The notes under the pieces were generated by a model. It was not told where the DNA came from, ran no database searches, and saw nothing but the letters and a program-made list of their open reading frames with translations. From contig OX597816.1 in assembly GCA_951406725.2 (NCBI GenBank), positions 2,356,001-2,420,000 of the forward strand: a stretch of DNA of 64,000 bases, read 5' to 3'. Both the position numbers and the translations under genes were made by a program. Shown here in pieces: positions 25,937 through 37,510 of this stretch. Position 1 is the stretch's first letter; every line of letters starts with the position of its first letter. This DNA comes from Octopus vulgaris. Taxonomy: Eukaryota.

Positions 25937-26157
25937 TTGCTATGGAATTGACACTTAAGTTACATTGTAAACCCATGATCAATGCACAAAATCGTAATTC
26001 TACAGTTAACTGCACTTTATTCTTTGAATTCTTGGCCACTAATCAAAGCCTCATTGGAAATATAAGAAAACATTAAAATATACTAAAAACATTATTTGTG
26101 ATCAAGTTTTCCCTCATGAAAAGGTGGGGTTGGCAACTGGGTATCACCACATGCATA

Positions 26158-26195
<38 letters not shown>

Positions 26196-26607
26196 ACATG
26201 ATGTCAGTTTCATTTTTCCTTTTCCAAATAATAACTTCACAAATTTTCTTGGTGATTTTTGTGTTTCTGGTTGAAAGAGAAAAGTAAAAAAAATGTCTTG
26301 ATTCCTATTTCAGTTACTAATTAGTTAGTTTATAAATTGTTACTTGTAATATATTCCTCTTTCTAAATTTTTGCTGTTATTGTGTCCTGTTTATACCCCA
26401 CACCCCCACCCCTGTAACCAAGTGGTCTCTCCAAATGGTACCTGTCTCAAACCACTTCAATTATTCTCCCATCCATCCATCCCCTACCTGTAGGATTTGT
26501 TAAGATACAAATTATTGAATAACGAAATTTTACTTATTTACTGTGACTTTTTCTTTTTGATTATTTTTTGGGGTTTTTTTTCCAAATTTCCTTAATTTTA
26601 CCTGAAG

Positions 26608-26641
26608 CAATTTCGTGTACCAAATGATGTTGCTGTTAGGT
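26608..26641 (+). CDS. Candidate 34-nt exon (NFVYQMMLLLG in phase 2-0, or QFRVPNDVAVR in phase 0-1)
   Basis: Long T-rich tract ...ttaattttacctgaag| and donor |gtaaga. The phase 2-0 reading would bridge 3291 or 16580 to 27183. Confidence 0.25.
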
Positions 26642-27182
26642 GTAAGAGAAATGGTCATAATCTTTAGAATTCAAAGGATCTTTTCAGCCTTTGTACTAAT
26701 CACATCCCCTTAAAAATTGCAATTAAGCAAATAAAACCAGTTTTTTTATTATCAATAAGTATTTCTAGGCAAATGCCTCATTGTCAATCATTTTTATTTA
26801 AAAAAACAAAAAAATTACAAGAAGAAATATTAGACACTTTCTACTGCCGCCACCATCATCATCACTACCATCTTTGCATCTTTTCGACAATTTAAAATCC
26901 ATAAAACTACAAATCATTTCACATAAACCTAACTGCTAATGAATGTAGCAGTTTAAGAAAATTCAATTATATTGGCTCAAAAGTAGAATTGGCCCAATGG
27001 TAGAATAACCTTTTTCCTCTATTTCATCACAAGAAATTTGATTTGGCTATTTTAATTTTTTTTTTTTTTTTAAAGAAAAAAAAAATCCCTTTTGGAAGAT
27101 TAAATGTGCATTGTAATTTAATCCTGAGTATAATATATCTACTACCAGCCCTCCAATGGCTCTTCTTCCTTTCATATTTCAG

Positions 27183-27278
27183 ACTTTGAAACAAAATACT
27201 GAGGTTCGTGATGATGATTCGAAGCAGATATGCATCAAGAGAGAAATGGGGACACAAACTCCAGATAGCAGGAGCCCT
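27183..27278 (+). CDS. Probable 96-nt internal exon, phase 0-0: TLKQNTEVRDDDSKQICIKREMGTQTPDSRSP
   Basis: Strong acceptor cttcttcctttcatatttcag| and donor CCT|gtaagt; only one frame is open; GC-richer than the flanks; protein-like composition. Confidence 0.6.
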
Positions 27279-28412
27279 GTAAGTCTAACCGCTTCCTTGG
27301 CCTTGTTCTTCCTACTGCTCTCTTTCATCATCAGTTGCAAACAATGGCATCGCCTGCTGCGAACAAGACAGCCAGGGCAACATATGCTATTGTCTATCAA
27401 CATACTATGGAATACATATTCATACATCCCTCTCGTTCGTTATCATCAAAAATGTCATTTTCCACCTCTACTGAAACATTAACCTATTTACAAATACATT
27501 TTTTTTTACTCCCCCAAAATTAATTTCTAAAATTCATGGCTGCTTCAGATATTTATAGGTTCTTCATTAGCTTGTGTTAATGAAGAGAAACTTTTTCATA
27601 AACCTTCGGTACTGTTGCCTAATTTATACACCAGAAATCACATCATATTTTTCTGTTTTATTTAGCCAAATCCCTACCATAAGCCAATACTATGTTCAAT
27701 ATTTTAAGGGTTAAACTCCTTAATAGTCAGGACTACCAACCCCATTTCAATTTTCAGTCGACCCCTATTTCATTGCGCTGACATCACTAAAAGCTTGATT
27801 ATTATAGGACATAATTTCCCTCCTTCCCCTAAAACGTAAGATGTTACTGACTAGTCCAGAAGAACCCAAGGTCTTTCTAAAAGTAATAGAATCTATAAGC
27901 TAATCCCATTTAATTATATAAAATTGTTTTGTTGATCTTTTTGTTTCTAATTTGCTATCATCAAACTTTATGCTTGCTTCTTTACCAATATTTTACAGGA
28001 GATTGTTTTGGACTTAAATTTTCTTTGAAAAATCAGCCTAAAAATAATTTCATTTCATGAGTCTGTTTTCACTTTAAATTGAGCCAAGAGTAAATTTGTT
28101 AATTTGTTTCTTAGTATTACTTAATTAAGAATATATTTATTTCTGATCAATAGAGTTTGAGAGAAAAAGAATCAGTTTGTTATTTGGGTGAATCTCTCAC
28201 GGCACTTTAACATTCCTCCTCCACAGCTAGAACTGCAGACTTCTTTAGTATGTTCCAAACCAGCGATCTTTGGTTTTAGATACATTTATTTCTGTAGGAT
28301 TAATAATGAGACGGAAACAAAACTACACTTGGATATCCTGAGTGAGTGAAATGAATATGTAAATGCTTAAAAGTCACTTATTAAGTGTCATTCTTACAGC
28401 TTTCTTCTTCAC

Positions 28413-28643
28413 TGGCAAGCTGGCAGAATCCTTAGTGTAGCAGACACAAAGCTTGGTAGTATTTCTTTTAGCTTTTTACGTTGTGAGTTTAAATTCTGCC
28501 TGGGTCAACATTTGTGTTTCGCCCTTTCAAGATTGACAAAATAAAGTATCAATCAAGTGTCGGGACCAATGTAATCGACTGCCCCTATGCTTTCCAGGAA
28601 TTGCTGCTGCTGCTGCTGCTGCTGCTGTGCCAAAATTTGAAAC
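28413..28643 (+). mobile_element. Meta-domain-like SINE with internal (CTG)n
   Basis: ggcaagctggcagaatccttag...gagtttaaattctgcc...ccctttcaagattgacaaaataaagta...tgtgccaaaatttgaaac. Confidence 0.75.
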
Positions 28644-29042
28644 CTTTATTGCAGACTTCTCTTTTTAATTCTTTTCAATTACTTAACACCAACGTTTTTT
28701 AAAGTTATTCTGCTAACATCATAAAAAAAAAGCAATATTCATTTTGAAATGAGTTTGGAATTTGCAATTACTTTCAAATGCCTTCTTCTTTTGTTTTGTT
28801 TTTTGTTTCTTCCTTTTGCAAGAAATGTTTTCTTTTCTACAGTGCTAACATTATAACTTTAAAAAATGACTTTCCAGCAATTAAAAAGAGAAATTTGTAC
28901 AAATGACATGTAACAAGTGGCTTTCAAACGTTGTCATATTTGTTTTGTTTACTTTACTAAGCGTGAAACCAAACATCAACTTTAAAAATTATTGCTCAAA
29001 CCACAACTACACCAAATATATTGCAGTATATCATCATCATCA

Positions 29043-29434
29043 TCTCTCTATATATAAAGCTGAAGTTGTCTGTGTATGGCAGGTTTAGTAGCCTTCAACT
29101 AACACTATCTCCTCCGAGACCCTGCGGCGCAAGCTGATCAAAATTGAGAGTATGATAGAAGAAGGCTTGCTCTTCCTTCCGTAGAAAAGAAAATTCAAAC
29201 CAGACCATGTTAAGACCAAAAATTATTTACATCAAAAAGGTGCTTTTTTTCTATGAAAATCTCTATTATTTACGATTTTTTGACTGCTGTGTTGCCATTT
29301 TTCGGTGTATTTCAACCAGAAAAATGTTCTCTTAAAGAGAATAACAAGCTACATAATGCAAAATTTTTACTTTTCAAAAATTCCAATTCTAAAGGGTCGA
29401 AACAAATCTGAGCAACGCCGGGCGATACTGCTAG
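29043..29434 (+). mobile_element. Non-autonomous Helitron
   Basis: A|TCtctctatatataaa 5' end; 3' gagcaacgccgggcgatactgCTAG|T; inserted between A and T with no TSD. Confidence 0.75.
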
Positions 29435-29784
29435 TTATTTAATATTATTATTATTATTATTGTTATAGTTATTATTATTGAACTTCCTTTTCATTATGAT
29501 CAATCCCAATCAATATTAACTTTCAGTTCTATTGAAGAATAACCACAACAACAACTGCCAGCTCTCGTTTTATTCTTTCTTTATTAATAAACTGGGTATA
29601 ATAATATTAATTATTTCAATAAAAAGACTGGTGATGATAATAATACCAGTGTTAACACTGCTGCTATTACCGATACTGCTTTGCTACTGTTGCTACTAGT
29701 GCTGCAACTACTGTTGATATTATTACTAACAATAGCATTTTTTTTTTTCTCTCTCTCCTCCTCCTCCTCCTCCTTCCAATGTAG

Positions 29785-29923
29785 CTGTCATTGGATAAGC
29801 ATCAAAGGAAGCTGGTCGAGGAACCTCGTACTAATTATACAAAGTTAATCAATTCAGGCAGAGAATTCGTTGCAATATCTGGTTTACTAACTGAACATTT
29901 TTGTTTTTTTGGCTGTAGAACAG
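29785..29923 (+). CDS. Weak exon candidate (phase 0: LSLDKHQRKLVEEPRTNYTKLINSG...), 3' boundary uncertain
   Basis: Very long pyrimidine tract then caatgtag|, in frame with the 27183-27278 exon. The donor is ambiguous (cag|gtttgt). Confidence 0.2.
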
Positions 29924-30038
29924 GTTTGTAGGTATTTCTGATTGAAAAGAGATTGTTGCAAAAGAGAATATTGGAAACAGGCTTTTGTTTCAGACATGTC
30001 TGATGTCTCTCTTTCATTCTATCACATGTAATCAACCA

Positions 30039-30397
30039 GGCGCAGGAGTGGCTGTGTGGTGGGTAGCTTGCTAACCAACCACACGGTTGCGGGTTCAGTC
30101 CCACTGCGTGGCATCTTGGGCAAGTGTCTTCTGCTATAGCCCCGGGCCGACCAATGCCTTGTGAGTGGATTTGGTAGACGGAAACTGAAAGAAGCCTGTC
30201 GTATATATGTATATATATGTATGTGTTTGTGTGTCTGTGTTTGTCCCCCTGGCGTTGCTTGACAATCGATGCTGGTGTGTTTACGTCCCCGTCACTTAGC
30301 GGTTCGGCAAAAAGAGACCGATAGAATAAGTACTAAAGGGTGGTGCTCCAGCATGGCCGCAGTCAAATGACTGAAACAAGTAAAAGAGAAAAGAGAA
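30039..30397 (+). mobile_element. SINE family A, young
   Basis: ggcgcaggagtggctgtgtgg...gggttcagtcccactgcgtggcatcttgggcaagtg...aaatgactgaaacaagtaaaagag. Confidence 0.92.
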
Positions 30398-30847
30398 AAT
30401 TCCACCCCACCCTCCCCCTCTTTTCTCTATAGTTTAATTAATTTAGGAAATAAAACAACAAACTTTTAATCAGGAGAGTGTCAATATGTATATCTGAGTG
30501 TGAGCTTTGTGTGTGCGTTTGGGACATATTTCAGTTGCGTTCTGTATTTATCGTGACTTGTTTCAGTTTGTGTTAACGCCATCAACTTTTCAAGGATGTA
30601 TTTATGAAGCATGCGTATGTGTGTGCATGCATGACAGTATATGTGCATTTCATTGTGCAGCTGCTGGGTGGTGCTGTAATAAAACTTCCCAGAAATATAT
30701 ATACCAAGACTACTAAATCTTTTGCTACACCCTGTATATTTATGTTACGGATAATTTTCTGGCAGTTATGTAGTTTTTACAATAATTATCAACTTGTATT
30801 TGTAATTAAGACTGTTTTCTTTAAAATTATATGAATTTTTAAACTAA

Positions 30848-30934
30848 TGGGCAAGTGTCTTCTGCTATAGCCCCGGGCTGACCAATGCCTTGTGAGTGGA
30901 TTTGGTAGATGGAAACTGAAAGAAGCCTGTCGTA

Positions 30935-30976
<42 letters not shown>

Positions 30977-31192
30977 TGTGTGTGTATGTGTTTGTCCCCT
31001 AGCATTGCTTGACAACCGATGCTGGTGTATTTACGTCCCCGTCACTTAGCGGTTCGGCAAAAGAGACCGATAGAATAAGTACTGGGCTTACAAAGAATAA
31101 GTCCCGGGGTCGATTTGCTCGACTAAAGGTGGTGCTCCCGCATGGCCGCAGTCAAATGACTGAAACAAGTAAGAGTAAAAAAGAAAAGAGAG
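30848..31192 (+). mobile_element. SINE family A, 5' truncated
   Basis: Begins at tgggcaagtgtcttctgctatagcc and has the full 3' tail. Confidence 0.9.
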
Positions 31193-32839
31193 TAATGTAA
31201 TTAGATTGAGTTACGTACCTTCAGTTATGTCTTAGCTTTAACTACTCGCATCCAATTAAAAATTATTTTTGCAGTTCTGTTAGTTGCATGAACCTTATGC
31301 AAAATGCATCTGCAAAACTTAAGCCTGACTGCTGCATGGTTGAGAAGTTCACTTCCAAACCACATGGCTTCAGGTTCAATTCCACTGAGCAGCATCTAGA
31401 ACAAGTGGTTTTCTCTCTATTCCCAGGTTGACTAAAGCCTTGTCAATGGACTTGATGGACAGAAACTAAAAGAAGCTTCTTCTGTGCATGTGTGTCTGTG
31501 TTTGCACCTGCAATCACTTCTGGCCAGCAGCAATCAATGTTTGTTTCTTTTCTGTCAACAAATAGTCCGGTCATGCACCTTTTAAGCAATGTGGAATAAA
31601 AAAAAACCCTTACTTAAAAATTAGGTAAGGGTTAGCATCAGTAAGAGCTTGCAACTGTAAAACACTGCCTCAGATACATATCTGTCCTAACCATGAAAAC
31701 ATGGAAAAACAGATATGAAATGAATTGAACAAAACACACACACACATGTGTGTTTGTGTTGTATAATCTTGTATTTGCTGTGAAATGTGAAGGCAGGAGC
31801 AAGTCCTATAACTTGGTGGAATACAAGTAGTGTAGGACCACTATTGAAGCATTTGCCTTCTTGTTGTATACCAAGGGCAAATAAGCTATTCAGAATCCAT
31901 TTCCCTTAATCAAGATTGTCATCCTCTTATAGCAGTGAATGCCTATTTACAGATTGGTTGACTGTGCATTTTAGGCTAACTTTATCATGGGCACAATGCA
32001 GTGTTAGCTAATGAAATACAAACTGCTGACCTGTTGGTTGGGTACTTAATACTGCATCAGAGAGAGAGAGAGAGAATGGGTTGACCCTTTTGATACAAAC
32101 TTGCCTGAGATGGCACTTGGTTCTGTGGTACAAGCTTCCTTGTTGAAAGTGAATTATGTTCCAAACAGCAGATTAATAATGATGAAGTTATTTTACTAAA
32201 TTCTTCATTTTCAACATTAATTGAAACGAAGAGAGTGTATTTCATCAGAAATGTCATAAATCTAGGGTTGGAGTGAACAGTTATCACGAGGGACCAAACT
32301 GCTGCAACTGATGTCATTTTTTGTCTCTTGCTAAACATTAGAGAAAAATAAAATGCAAAATAAAAACAACCAGAGAAACACTTAAATAATGACTTCAGAT
32401 TCCAGCAAATTCTTCTAAAGCAATTACTCACCACTTGCACAGGCAATATATACTTTAAGTTTGTTGACCAATAAAAGTGAGGAGAATAAAAGCAGAAGTT
32501 GTGGTCATAAAAATACCTTCTACATAAAACTAAGTTTTGATTCAAGACATTCTTAAATATTTGTCTGTTGTTGATTGATGATAAAGTGACAAATGGTTTA
32601 TAATGTTGAATGGTGCACAAGATATATATATATAAACAAAAGCAGTGATGGAATTTCTTGAATCATTTCAGTAAGATTTCCGTTGTAAAGGTCAATGTTT
32701 TAAGTGTAAGTAGAAAGAAAAGTCCTTAGTATTGTCAAGAATAACATCTTTCTTGGCAAAAATAACTTCCTTTTAGCTTGCAGAGGAAATAAACTCACTT
32801 GTTTGTAGAATAAAACATTCTTCTCATAAATTTTGTGTG

Positions 32840-33176
32840 TGTTTATATGGCTCAGTGGTTAGAGCGTCGAGCTTACGATCGTGAGGTTGTGAGCTCGAAT
32901 CCCGGACCGGGCTACGTGTTGTGTTCTCGAGCAAGGCACTTTATTTCACGTTGCTCCAGTTCACTCAGCTGTAGAAATGAGTTGCGACGTCACTGGTGCC
33001 AAGCTGTATCAACCTTTGTCTTCCCCTTGGATAACACTGGTGGCGTGGAGAGGGGAGGCTGGTATGCATGGGCGACTGCTGGCCTTCCATAAACAACCTT
33101 GCCCGGACTTGTGTCTAGGAGGGTAACTTTCTAGGTGCAATCACATGGTCATTCATGACCGAAGGGGGTCTTTACC

Positions 33177-33180
<4 letters not shown>
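32840..33180 (+). mobile_element. Distinct tRNA-derived SINE (family D)
   Basis: A box tggctcagtgg, B-box-like gagctcgaatcc, CORE-like cgagcaaggcacttt, body cactcagctgtagaaatgag, tail ctttacccttt. A degenerate relative lies at about 52850-52990. Confidence 0.8.
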
Positions 33181-33214
<34 letters not shown>

Positions 33215-33267
33215 TCAGTCATTTGTTTATATTTAAAAATTGTTGCTTCAAATCAGAGAATGAATAT

Positions 33268-33522
33268 TCATCATCATCATCGTCGTTTAACATCCACTTT
33301 CCATGCTGGCATGGATTGGGCAGTTTGACTGAGGACTGGCACGCTAGGAGGCTGAACCAGGTTCCAATCTGATCTGGCAAGGTTTCTACGGCTGGATGCC
33401 CTTCCTAACACCAACCACTCTGTGAGTGCAGTGGGTGCTTTTTACATGCCACTGGCATGGAGGCCAGTCAAGCGGCACTGGTTTCAGCCACACTTGAATG
33501 GTGCTTTTTACGCGCTACCGGT
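33268..33522 (-). mobile_element. RTE 3' end
   Basis: catcatcgtcgtttaacatccactttccatgctggcatgg...ggatgcccttcctaacaccaacc. Confidence 0.85.
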
Positions 33523-33551
33523 ACATATATGTGTGTACATATATATTACTA

Positions 33552-35259
33552 CTAGCATTATAACCCGTCGTTGCTGGGTCATAGTGCTAGTGCATGTATA
33601 TATGTGTATATATATGTGTACATATTACGTGTACTTCTATATATATATACATCTACACATAAAATACAAAATACAAAGTTATATCTTGATATCGCTAGTG
33701 ATAACAATACTCAAAATATATAACAGACTGGGATTGTAGGCCCATCTCTTATAATTTCGATCAATTGGATCTTGTCCTCCCTCTTGTATAGAAGTGTGGC
33801 TACAATCCAGCCTACCTCTACTTCAGGGGAGATATTTTAAATTTTTATCCGGGACGTCCTACATCCCAGATATAAAGGTAAAAATAAAATATTTCCACTT
33901 TGCAAGGTTCGAGTCGAGTACTCCCTTGCGCGCTCCGTTGACTCGAACCTTGCTGTTATTGTGGCGAATTTACCGCTTCTGGTTAGATATCTTTCATAGT
34001 TGCACCAAGAGACTTTTCGATGGGGCTTTCCTCCAGGTGTTCAAATCTCTTTTTTTTCTCTATATTGTATACTTTATAGACAATAGTCTTTTCTTTAATT
34101 TAATTTTTTTATTTCGTTTGGCGGTGTTATCCTAGATTCACCGTCTTTGTCGGTGATCAATCCGTATTTCTTCCATTTTAATTTCAATGAGTTCGCGCCC
34201 ACCGACGGCTGCAGCGAAATTCATTTTTGGACTTTCTTCTATCGAAGGCATTCTAACAAAAATGCTTCCGTGTAAATGGTAAAAATATTGTCAATTTCCC
34301 CAAACAGGGACATAATTCAATTTTTAAACAATAACCAAAGCTTCTTCTCCCAAAGGGGGAGGGTTACAATTTACAATTATTTAACAAATGCAACAATGTT
34401 TCCTTTACGAGGAACCAACAAACGTGATAACAATAGTTAAACAGTAATAATACTAACAACAAACCTTACGATGAGTCAGAAAGCAGTTGAAGCTTTAGTC
34501 CTTTATGTATAAGAAATAAACCAACAGCAGTACTCTGTAGAACCGGCTGTTCGAGAAAACAGATATTACATACAGCCAAACTTCATATAGATACTTAATG
34601 CTAGCTAATTAGCAGATAATCTAATGTAAAAGCACAGCTCCATCTGGACTATTCCATTTCTGCACGCTAATTTTATTTTTAATTTATTCCCATTCATGTG
34701 AAACCATTTATTCAAGTTCAAGTCATTGATGCAATTTTATACCAATTGCTATTTTTACTTTTGTTATGTTACGATTATATTATACTTTAGTTTGATTTTA
34801 ATTATTACTTACTACATATAATCCAATTGTTATTATTATTTTTATTGTTAAAGTGAAAGTATCTGACATAAAATTGAGAAATGTTTTTGTTTCACTTTTA
34901 ACACGTAATACTGAAATAGTGGAGAAGATATGATATTGCTGTGGGCTCGCTCTAGGCAAGAAGTTGAACATTTTTTTGCCCATGAAACTACATGGACCCT
35001 AAGTAAGGCATATGTAAAATTTGAATGAAATTGGTTGTGTAGTTCTCAAGTTTTAGGGAATCGCAGTGGAGAAGACATGATATTGCTGTGGGCTCGCCCT
35101 AGGCAAAAAGTTAAAAAATTTTTTGCTGATGACACTCCCCCAGACCCTTAGTAAGGCATGTGTAAAATTTGAATGAAATTGGTTGTGTAGTTCTCAAGTT
35201 TTAGGGAAGCATACAGACAGACAGACTGACACACATTCTCAGTTTTATATATATAGAGA
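33552..35259 (-). mobile_element. Non-autonomous Helitron (about 1.7 kb) with internal cargo
   Basis: The minus strand starts A|TCtctatatatataaaactgagaatgtgtgtc(tgtc)n and ends gacccagcaacgacgggttataatgCTAG|T (hairpin plus CTAG). A subterminal unit of about 145 bp is tandemly duplicated at 34918-35208. Confidence 0.75.
33725..34252 (-). pseudogene. Decayed LINE ORF1-like coding fragment inside the Helitron
   Basis: Frameshifted translation: MPSIEESPKMNFAAAVGGRELIEIKME..KEKTIVYKVYNIEKK..YLTRSGKFATITARFESTERAREYSTRTLQSGNILFLPLYLGCRTSRIKI*NISPEVEVGWIVATLL. The FAAAV motif and RRM-like pattern recall L1/Tx1-type ORF1. Confidence 0.45.
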
Positions 35260-36869
35260 TAATTGTTTTATTAAGAGTGTTTGTGATGAAAAAATGGTAG
35301 AGTCAAGTGTGCTGCATGTGCAACTTCAATACAGTTTTGTAATACATTACAGAACTCTCAACTCGTTAAGTGAGCAGTTACACGTTGATTAATCAGTAGA
35401 TCATCAATACATGAAATTTCTAAATGGAATTACCAACATTTAAGAAATGCAAAGTGGGTGGGACAGCAATCTGTCAATCAATGAAGGTGGGTAGCAGAAT
35501 GAGGATGTAAATTAAGGAATGATTAAAAGACATTTCTATTCAAAAGATGTCATTAAACTTAGCAATCTTGCTTGCAAATACTGGTGGTGGCAAAACATGT
35601 TTGAATACTGACAGATAAACCAAGCATAACATTTGACTCAATCAAAATACAGTTGAAGACAGATGCCCGTTTTTTTCTTTAAAAGAGCGTTTCCCTGTGT
35701 TTTTATCATTTAGCACATTAAGGAATGACTTGGTTAATAAAGTCCGGTATTATTTATTTATTTTGATCAAAGTAATCTGATTGATTATTGCAGATCTAAT
35801 AGAATATTAATTTTAAATAAGGGAGGTCCAGCTAATTATAGTTCATAGGAACAATTTAAGGAAAATTGCAAAGATTTGAATTTCAGAGGATCTGGAGGAA
35901 AAAGAAGGTAAGAAAGGAAAATAAAATGAAAATGATTAATATATAAAGGTAGCCGTGATCCCTGTGTCTGCAATCATAACCTATAAATACTTACGTAGAA
36001 ACTGAAGAGGATAAATCAGATAGGGAAGATGGTATTGGCATAAACAAATATGTATACGAGACTAATGAAAGTAGTTTAGGCAACAATCACTGTTAACATA
36101 AAGATAGTAATCTGTGTTAAATATCTAAATTTAGAGAGATCATTTATTTAGCTGTAATGAAGTTACAAGCTGAAAGGCCGGAGAGAAGAAAAAAACAGAA
36201 CCAATGTTTCTAGTAAACATGAATCCTAACATTTCTAGTAACTAATTCTACTGCAATATTATTGAGAATCAATCAATTAAAATCTTATTGTTCAATGAAT
36301 AGGTTAGTTCACTACTATAATAATTTAAAATGATAGGGAGCATTAGAAAATGTTACAGGAATTTTTGAGAATTATAAATAATTATAAAAGTCACAAATGT
36401 TGATAACTGTTAAAAGAATTTATAAGATTCTAATAAATTCTAATGAATTATCAAGGCTATAAACTAGGAATGATGAAACATGTATTATAAAGATATTATC
36501 TCAAGCTGGAAGCAAATTGAAAGTAGTTTCGGCAACAATTAGTGTCAAAATAAATTTATAAATTTATTGTGAGGTAAATATCGAAATTTTAGAGAGGTCA
36601 GTGATTTGACTATAATTAATTCACTCGTAAATGGGGTTTCCATTAGAATTTTCTTTCTCTTAGCAAATGAAAATATCTTTTGGCAACCTTCTCGGCACGG
36701 TAATGAAGCCACTTGACAGGGTTAGGGTTACAAAGAGAAAATCACTTGATACTTCTCAACACTAATGGAGTAAACAGTCAGAGTATTCGGAAGTGGAGAC
36801 ATAATTCTGCTAACAACATTACCAAGAATATTAATAAAAATAATACCAGGAATAGCCCCCTCCCTCTCC

Positions 36870-37510
36870 CCTCTCCTAGCTCCTAAAGAACACCCAACCA
36901 TGTCACATCTCACTTGTGCCCCTCCCTCAACAATTGTATCATTTTTACTATAGCTGTTGCTCCCACTCTTCTGCAACTTTCTATCTTCCTCAGCTCACCC
37001 TTCACCCCTACCCATTTTGGCTGTTTGCCTCTTCACGCCTCATTCATCTTCCCCCCTACAATCTGGCAAACTTCTACTCAACTTATGGTTTGTGCTGTCC
37101 CCTGGACACCTCATTCCCATTATCTATCTCTTGCAGCTCCTCCTTATTTCTTTCTTTCTACCCCTTCTTCCCTACTAGATGTACGTAACCATGCAGATTT
37201 CCTCTACAGTAACCTGCTCTGAACCCCCACCATCCCAGTAATATCCTTGCCTCTTAGCATGATGTTGACCCCTCATCACCTCACCCAGGGTCTGTAATTC
37301 TGCAAACTGCACAGCGGCTTCAATAGGGCAGGTGGCACAAATAAAAAAGAACCTAGTTCACACTGTATTGTGATTGGCATTGAGAAGAGTCCCCTGCTGT
37401 AAAAACTATACCAAAATCAGCAGTGGAACATGATGTTGTCCAGGGACTCTTCAAATCCTATCGGACTGTCCAACCCATGCCAGCATTGGAATATGGATAT
37501 TAAATGACGA
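36870..37510 (+). mobile_element. RTE long pyrimidine-rich 3' UTR fragment
   Basis: C/T-rich tract, cctctacagtaac, then ggtggcacaaataaaaaag...aacccatgccagcattgg...ttaaatgacga. Confidence 0.65.

Noticed and set aside
32057-32620. Longest ORF in the track (187 aa, minus strand)
   Set aside because: AT-rich, F/L/S/C-biased, no recognisable domain or splice context; consistent with chance.
32840-32915. tRNA gene-like sequence (also the heads at 30039, 48585, 52431)
   Set aside because: A/B boxes are present but there is no complete cloverleaf, and each continues into a SINE body.
35887-35907. 21-nt micro-exon-like ttcag|...AAG|gtaaga; similar weak cases near 9880, 28298 and 57171
   Set aside because: Poor pyrimidine tracts or weak donors; expected by chance in 64 kb.
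36066-36625. Diverged direct duplication of about 100 bp (gaaagtagttt.ggcaacaat) about 450 bp apart
   Set aside because: Old AT-rich local duplication with no termini or functional signal.
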